This document shows positions 47,910 through 52,806 of a stretch of DNA of 52,806 nt, one piece after another. Under the pieces are notes generated by a model. That model did not search any database, was not told where the DNA came from, and worked only from the letters and a program-made list of their open reading frames with translations. How positions within the stretch are numbered: position 1 is the first letter of the stretch; every line of letters starts with the position of its first letter. The stretch lies in the sequence record MT446398.1; one strand, given 5' to 3'. The DNA comes from Escherichia virus TH24. The position numbers and the translations under genes were made by a program.

Positions 47910-48773
47910 ATGGCATTTGCTGCTCCTACTCTGGCCTCGAACAAGACTCCTTCTGCTGCACCATTACTGGAAGCGGGTGGTTATCCTGCTCGTGTCTGCC
48001 GTATTATCGACCTGGGCTTACAGCCAGGCTCTGCTAAATATCCAAACCCATCCCTGAAACTTCTGGTTACTTTCGAACTGCTCGACGAGTACATGAAAGA
48101 GGTTGATGGCAATGGTGCTATGGTCATGGTCCAAGACCCGGACGAAGATGACGGCGTAATGATGGCGAAGAATCTTGAAGACAAGCCGCGTTGGTTTGAC
48201 TTTGAGTTTACCTACAACGCTGACGGCTTCATGGGTGACAACTCCCACATCTACAAATTCGCTAAAGCGATTGATGCTCTGGAAGTTAAACAGAATCTGG
48301 AACAAAGTATCCAGGGCCACCCTGCTAAGAACCTGCCAGATTGGTTGGGCGAACCTCTGGTTGTTGGCATTGTCCAGTACACCAAACAGTCTGGCAAGAA
48401 CGCTGGTCAGGTTGCGAACAAGGTTGCTACCTTCTCCCCAATGAAGTCCAAAGAGAAGAAAGAAGCCAAAGCTCTGGTTAACCCGACTGTGTTCTTCGAC
48501 ATGTCTGAGCCAGACCTGGAAGTATTCAACAAACTGCCTGGTGGTGATTCTCCTTACGCAATCAAGAACCGCATTACTGGTGGTGTTGACTTCTACAAAA
48601 CCAAACTGTCTACCCTGCTGGGCGGTAAACCTGCTGATGATTCTGTTCCGAATCAGGCTTCTGATGAAGAAGTTGATGCAGCAATGAAAGCTGAACTGGA
48701 AGCTCAAGCTGCTGCAAAAGCACAGCGTGAAGCGGAAGGTGGTGCTGCTGGCGGTACTGGAATGCCGTTCTAA
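47910..48773 (+). CDS. Putative ssDNA-binding protein (T7 gp2.5-like architecture)
   Basis: 287 aa, host-optimal codons, acidic C-terminal tail ending in Phe (DEEVDAAMKAELEAQ...GTGMPF), located in the replication module. Confidence 0.4.
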   Translation: MAFAAPTLASNKTPSAAPLLEAGGYPARVCRIIDLGLQPGSAKYPNPSLKLLVTFELLDEYMKEVDGNGAMVMVQDPDEDDGVMMAKNLEDKPRWFDFEFTYNADGFMGDNSHIYKFAKAIDALEVKQNLEQSIQGHPAKNLPDWLGEPLVVGIVQYTKQSGKNAGQVANKVATFSPMKSKEKKEAKALVNPTVFFDMSEPDLEVFNKLPGGDSPYAIKNRITGGVDFYKTKLSTLLGGKPADDSVPNQASDEEVDAAMKAELEAQAAAKAQREAEGGAAGGTGMPF

Positions 48774-48781
48774 TTGTAATT

Positions 48782-48805
48782 GGCTCCTTCGGGAGCCTTT
48801 AATTT
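48782..48805 (+). terminator. Rho-independent terminator
   Basis: GGCTCC-ttcg-GGAGCC followed by TTTAATTT. Confidence 0.55.
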
Positions 48806-48818
48806 GGAGCTTACCAAA

Positions 48819-49841
48819 GTGAGTAAGAAACGAGTATTGTTGCTGGTCGACGGCGACATGGTTGCATTTAGTCACTGTGCTGCCGAAGAGTATGGCAAAG
48901 ACCTTGAAGATATTAACTTTGCTAAGATTCAAATGTCGATGGATTCTAAAATGGAATTCCTCGCCAAACGTGCTGGTGCTACGGAAGTAATTACTTTCAT
49001 TTCACCATCTAAAACAATGCGCAACGAATTTGCTCCTGATTATAAGGGCAACCGTGATGGCGTATGGCGTCCAGAAAACCTTAAGAATGCGAAAGCACAT
49101 CTCATGGTTGCATGGAACGGAATGTGGATGAAGGGTCTGGAAGCAGATGACCTTCTGGCTGTATTCGCCCGTCATGAATACGAAGCAACAATGGGTAAAC
49201 GTAATAAGATTAAGAGCCTCACGCGTATTGGTCCGTGCACATATGATGAAGTTTGGATTGCGTCTCTTGACAAAGACTTGCGCCAAATCGGACAATTCGG
49301 TGACACTGGTCCAGTAATTAAGCACTACCAATGGGAGCGTGAATCCCAGGGTATTGGCGAGAAGATTGTAATCCCGAAGGATTATGGTGAACTCAAATTA
49401 ATTATCAAAGACAACGGTAAATCTAAGAAGAAAGAAGTCAAAGGCTGTGGCCCTAAATTCTTCTTGCATCAACTTCTTATCGGCGACTCAACGGATAACG
49501 TTATGGGTTGCGGTGTTCTGGAAGAGAAGATTTACAAGACTGGTGCCAAGGCTGGAGAAACATATTTCCGTCGAAGTGGTGTCGGTGCTGTCGAATCTTT
49601 CGAACTTTTGGATAAGACCACTACTTATGCAGAAGGTTTGAAGAAAGTTATTGGTGCATTTATCATGCGATTCGGAGACGGTTGGGAAGAAGAACTCCTC
49701 AAAGTTGGTCGACTCGTGTACATGCATCACCAAATTGATGATGGAAACCTCGTTCGCTTGTGGCACTACAAAGGTGTCATTGACCGATTCCATCTTAAAG
49801 AGAACCGTATAATCCCTCATGCAGAGTATCTCCAGAAATAA
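48819..49841 (+). CDS. 5'-3' exonuclease / flap endonuclease (T7 gp6-like)
   Basis: LLLVDGDMVAF, GLEADDLLA, IASLDKDLRQ, LIGDSTDNVMGCG. GTG 48819 preferred because the track start 48780 lies inside the terminator hairpin. Confidence 0.7.
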   Translation: MSKKRVLLLVDGDMVAFSHCAAEEYGKDLEDINFAKIQMSMDSKMEFLAKRAGATEVITFISPSKTMRNEFAPDYKGNRDGVWRPENLKNAKAHLMVAWNGMWMKGLEADDLLAVFARHEYEATMGKRNKIKSLTRIGPCTYDEVWIASLDKDLRQIGQFGDTGPVIKHYQWERESQGIGEKIVIPKDYGELKLIIKDNGKSKKKEVKGCGPKFFLHQLLIGDSTDNVMGCGVLEEKIYKTGAKAGETYFRRSGVGAVESFELLDKTTTYAEGLKKVIGAFIMRFGDGWEEELLKVGRLVYMHHQIDDGNLVRLWHYKGVIDRFHLKENRIIPHAEYLQK

Positions 49842-49852
49842 TTGGAGTTGAA

Positions 49853-50377
49853 ATGGCTTACGGTTATTGTGGTACGGAAGCCAAGTTTGTTTCTTGGCTC
49901 CAGTCTGCTATTCGCAGTGTTTGGTCTAAACATCCAAGCAAGCTATCTCTTATCCAGGCTCGACGTGTGGCGTTGAAAGTTGGTACATCCAACAAACCAA
50001 TATTCCACATTCAGTGCTATCACTGTAAGAAACTGTATAAGTTAAAAGAGATTGAAGTAAACCACAAGAAGCAGGTTGGAGGACTCCTTAAGTTAGAAGA
50101 CCTTCACCGTTTTGTGGACAACCTTTTATTGGTTCAGCCAGAAGATTTGGAACTGCTGTGTCATGATTGTCATGGCATCATCACATACATGGAACGATAT
50201 GGAGTATCTCGACGAGATGCAGTCATAGAGAAGAAGTGTATTGCATTTGCCAAATTGAAGGACGACGAGCAAATTGCTAAGTGCAAACTCGCCAAGATTG
50301 ACCCAATCCCTAAAACCAAAATCGGACGTAAGAATGCTGTCCGAGATTATTTGAGACTGAATCTTAATGACTATTAA
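49853..50377 (+). CDS. HNH endonuclease
   Basis: QCYHCKK...EVNHKK...LLCHDCHG, HNH-type Cys/His arrangement. Confidence 0.55.
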   Translation: MAYGYCGTEAKFVSWLQSAIRSVWSKHPSKLSLIQARRVALKVGTSNKPIFHIQCYHCKKLYKLKEIEVNHKKQVGGLLKLEDLHRFVDNLLLVQPEDLELLCHDCHGIITYMERYGVSRRDAVIEKKCIAFAKLKDDEQIAKCKLAKIDPIPKTKIGRKNAVRDYLRLNLNDY

Positions 50378-51122
50378 GCTTCTCGATGATGGTACAAGAT
50401 ATACGAAGGCTCATGCTCATGATTGGGAAGACCCAGAATGTCAAATCAAAGGACGCTGCGAACTCTTCATCAAGATTGACGGAATTCGAGCTATCCGTAA
50501 TAAGGCAGGTAGTGTCTGGAGTCGTAATTCCAAACCCTTACCTCATTTATCGCACCTGGAGTTCAGAGATGCTGAGATATTCCGTAATAGTTGGAATGAG
50601 ACTTCTAGCATCCTCGGTCGTATTGACCCGCCTACGGTTGCACTAACCCAAGAAAACGTGTATGAGTTGAGTGATGGTGCTGTTGACCCACGCTTGTACA
50701 TCGGCTGGTGCAAGGACCCAAGCAATGAAAACCTTAAGGCATTGATGGATAAATATCTGGCGCTTGGTCATGAAGGTATTATCGTCCGAGATGCAAAAGG
50801 TAAGTGGTGGAAGATTGTACCATACAAATACGCCGATGTGAAGATAACTGGTATGAAAGAAGGTACTGGTGCTCTCAAAGGTATGTGTGGCTCTATCTCC
50901 TCTAACTACGGCAGTGCTGGCTCGATGGTGAAAGATTGTCTGGCAGACCACGGTATTCCAGAATCAAACACTGCAATCCGTAAGTGGTTGTGGGAACATC
51001 GTAACGAGCTAGTTGGTTCGATTATGCAAGTTCGATATCGTGAGAAGACAGAGGCTGGTAAATTCCGCTTCCCTTCTTTGGTTCGCCTTCGCACAGATAA
51101 GAGCGAGGAAAGTTTTGATTAA
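50367..51122 (+). CDS. ATP-dependent DNA ligase
   Basis: Adenylation motif KIDGIR, GHEGIIVR, and C-terminal FRFPSLVRLRTDK. Confidence 0.7.
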   Translation: MTIKLLDDGTRYTKAHAHDWEDPECQIKGRCELFIKIDGIRAIRNKAGSVWSRNSKPLPHLSHLEFRDAEIFRNSWNETSSILGRIDPPTVALTQENVYELSDGAVDPRLYIGWCKDPSNENLKALMDKYLALGHEGIIVRDAKGKWWKIVPYKYADVKITGMKEGTGALKGMCGSISSNYGSAGSMVKDCLADHGIPESNTAIRKWLWEHRNELVGSIMQVRYREKTEAGKFRFPSLVRLRTDKSEESFD

Positions 51123-51741
51123 GCGTTTAGCTGTCATTCTTAGTGGCCCACCTGGCTGCGGTAAAGATACAATTGCCAACAAGATAGTTGCTGCCGAGGA
51201 ACCTTGCTTTCTCGGTAAGCGCCGATTCACTAAACACCAGTTTAAGGATGCCCTGTATGAGCATACTGCCAAACACTTTCAAGTTGATGTGGACAAGTTT
51301 ATCCACTACGCTTCGGACCGTGACCTCAAAGACTCTATATCCCTTGCAGGTCTGGGTGGCAGAACACCTCGCCAAGCTCTTATTCACGTTAGTGAAGATA
51401 TTTGTAAACCTCGTTACGGACAGGACTACTTCGGCAATGTTGAAGCTGCTCGTGTTAAAGAACTCGCGGGGCGTATGGGTGGCATTGTTAATGTCATTTA
51501 TCCCGATGGCGGTTTTGGCGATGAAGTCGTTGCCATTGAATCTGTTTATGATTTCGTTATCATTGTGCGTTTGCATCGTGATGGTTTTGATTTCACGGGC
51601 GATTCTCGCAGATACATCAACCTCCCAAATACACCTACCCGCGTAACAGTGGATGAACATCTAATTGATGGTAAGGTGGATGATTCCGTATTCAAAGTGT
51701 TCAATTGGATTGAACGCATAACTTATCAAGTAGAGAAATAA
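51115..51741 (+). CDS. P-loop deoxynucleoside monophosphate kinase (phage dNMP-kinase-like)
   Basis: Walker A VILSGPPGCGKDT, then KDALYEH; resembles T4 gp1-type kinases from memory. TTG 51115 with GAGGAAAG RBS (track ATG 51013 would overlap the ligase by 110 nt). Confidence 0.55.
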   Translation: MIKRLAVILSGPPGCGKDTIANKIVAAEEPCFLGKRRFTKHQFKDALYEHTAKHFQVDVDKFIHYASDRDLKDSISLAGLGGRTPRQALIHVSEDICKPRYGQDYFGNVEAARVKELAGRMGGIVNVIYPDGGFGDEVVAIESVYDFVIIVRLHRDGFDFTGDSRRYINLPNTPTRVTVDEHLIDGKVDDSVFKVFNWIERITYQVEK

Positions 51742-51743
51742 CC

Positions 51744-52196
51744 ATGTCTTGTATGACCCAAGTTGTTGCAGTTAAACGAGTACACCCTAATGCGAAATTA
51801 CCTGTGTATGCTACAGCTGGCGCTGCTGCTGCTGATGTTTGTACTGTATCCGATACCACTGTTGTTATCAATCCCGGCTCTTCTGTTGTTGTCGATACTG
51901 GCCTCCAGTTCGAAGTACCAATTGGATACGAACTCAAAGTGCATAGCCGTTCTGGTCACGGCTTTAAGTCTGGTATTCGCCTTGCAAACTGCACAGGCAT
52001 TCTGGATTCCGACTATCGCGGTAATCTTATGGTTAAGCTGCACAACGACTCGGACACAGCCTTTGTTATTCAACCAGGCGAACGTGTTTGTCAAGTGCAA
52101 GTTAGTAAAGCTACTCAACACCATTTCGTTGAAGTTGACCACTTAAATTCCACTGTTCGTGGTGAAGGTGGGTTTGGTTCAACTGGACGAGTTTAG
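51744..52196 (+). CDS. dut: dUTPase
   Basis: All five dUTPase motifs including SRSG, GILDSDYRG and RGEGGFGSTG. Confidence 0.9.
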   Translation: MSCMTQVVAVKRVHPNAKLPVYATAGAAAADVCTVSDTTVVINPGSSVVVDTGLQFEVPIGYELKVHSRSGHGFKSGIRLANCTGILDSDYRGNLMVKLHNDSDTAFVIQPGERVCQVQVSKATQHHFVEVDHLNSTVRGEGGFGSTGRV

Positions 52197-52225
52197 TAAT
52201 TAGTAACTATTTGGAACCTATCTGA

Positions 52226-52555
52226 ATGAAACTGTCCTCACCTGTTATTGTAAATAATCGCAAAGTCAAGTTTGCATATTTGAAATCCACCGTCACTTCA
52301 ACTGGCGGTGGTACTTATCTCACCCGTGCACTTGCAACGCGCAATGAAACAGGTGCGGATGTTATCGTTTTCATGCTTCCTCGTGGTGAAAATACAATCA
52401 AGAACGTCGAACGTATCAAGCGTGGGCGCGAAGATTTAATGTCGGCTGTAAAGCCGCTGATACTGCCATTTAAGATTGTGGTGGTTGTTGGTTCTACCCA
52501 GCAGTATCTTGAAGATTTCTTTAAAGATATGGATTGGAGCGATATTAAATATTAA
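52226..52555 (+). CDS. Hypothetical protein (repeat copy of 451-780)
   Basis: Identical 109-aa translation. Confidence 0.5.
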   Translation: MKLSSPVIVNNRKVKFAYLKSTVTSTGGGTYLTRALATRNETGADVIVFMLPRGENTIKNVERIKRGREDLMSAVKPLILPFKIVVVVGSTQQYLEDFFKDMDWSDIKY

Positions 52556-52609
52556 GCGGCACGCATAATAGGGAGGCTATCTGGCCTCCTATCTTATTCG
52601 GAGTCGCTT

Positions 52610-52795
52610 ATGCGCACAATTCAATGTAGTAACTGCCATTACGAAGTGGCAGAGGATGATTTTATCACCCAACAATGTCCTATCTGTGATTCATTCATGC
52701 CGCTAAATCGGCTCATTTTAAAAGCTGATTCTAGTTTGGGCAACATCATCCGCATCAATCCCGTGCAACCTCAGCCATTAGTGGATTGTGATTAA
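52610..52795 (+). CDS. Small zinc-ribbon protein (repeat copy of 835-1020, Thr to Pro variant)
   Basis: Identical apart from NPVQPQPL versus NPVQTQPL. Confidence 0.5.
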   Translation: MRTIQCSNCHYEVAEDDFITQQCPICDSFMPLNRLILKADSSLGNIIRINPVQPQPLVDCD

Positions 52796-52806
52796 AACCA
52801 AAGAGA

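Larger units (their letters stand above)
51776..52806. repeat. Terminal redundancy, right copy (truncated by window end)
   Basis: Matches 1-1031; single mismatch at 52769 (C) versus 994 (A). Confidence 0.8.

Noticed and set aside
48018-48932. 304-aa ORF on the minus strand
   Set aside because: Antisense to the well-supported + strand SSB-like and exonuclease genes; all motif-supported genes are co-directional on +, and the ORF probably arises from the codon bias of the sense genes.

Overview
The window is essentially one complete ~51.8-kb tailed-phage genome plus a 1,031-bp terminal redundancy (1-1031 repeats at 51776-52806 with one mismatch). Every credible gene is on the + strand. Order: terminase large subunit, portal, scaffold and capsid genes (with a predicted -1 frameshift adding an Ig-like domain); a contractile-tail module (sheath, tube, frameshifted chaperone, a 1225-aa tape-measure-position protein carrying a YqaJ-like nuclease domain and a lytic transglycosylase domain, P2/Mu-like baseplate, three fibres); holin plus a signal-peptide SleB-like hydrolase; an orphan host-like nrdB; a compact T7-like single-subunit RNA polymerase; about 25 small early genes (SSB-tail mimic, M15 peptidase, ArdA-like); an atypical tRNA and an overlapped spanin pair; then a replication and nucleotide module (ThyX-like, primase-helicase, family A DNA polymerase, SSB-like, 5'-3' exonuclease, HNH, ligase, dNMP kinase, dUTPase). 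Roughly 4-5 kb is ORF-free and rich in repeats or predicted structure. No CRISPR array, rRNA or integrase was seen. The layout recalls the myoviruses that encode a T7-like RNA polymerase (phiEcoM-GJ1-like), but that is from memory, not a search. All protein-family calls are motif recognition by eye.
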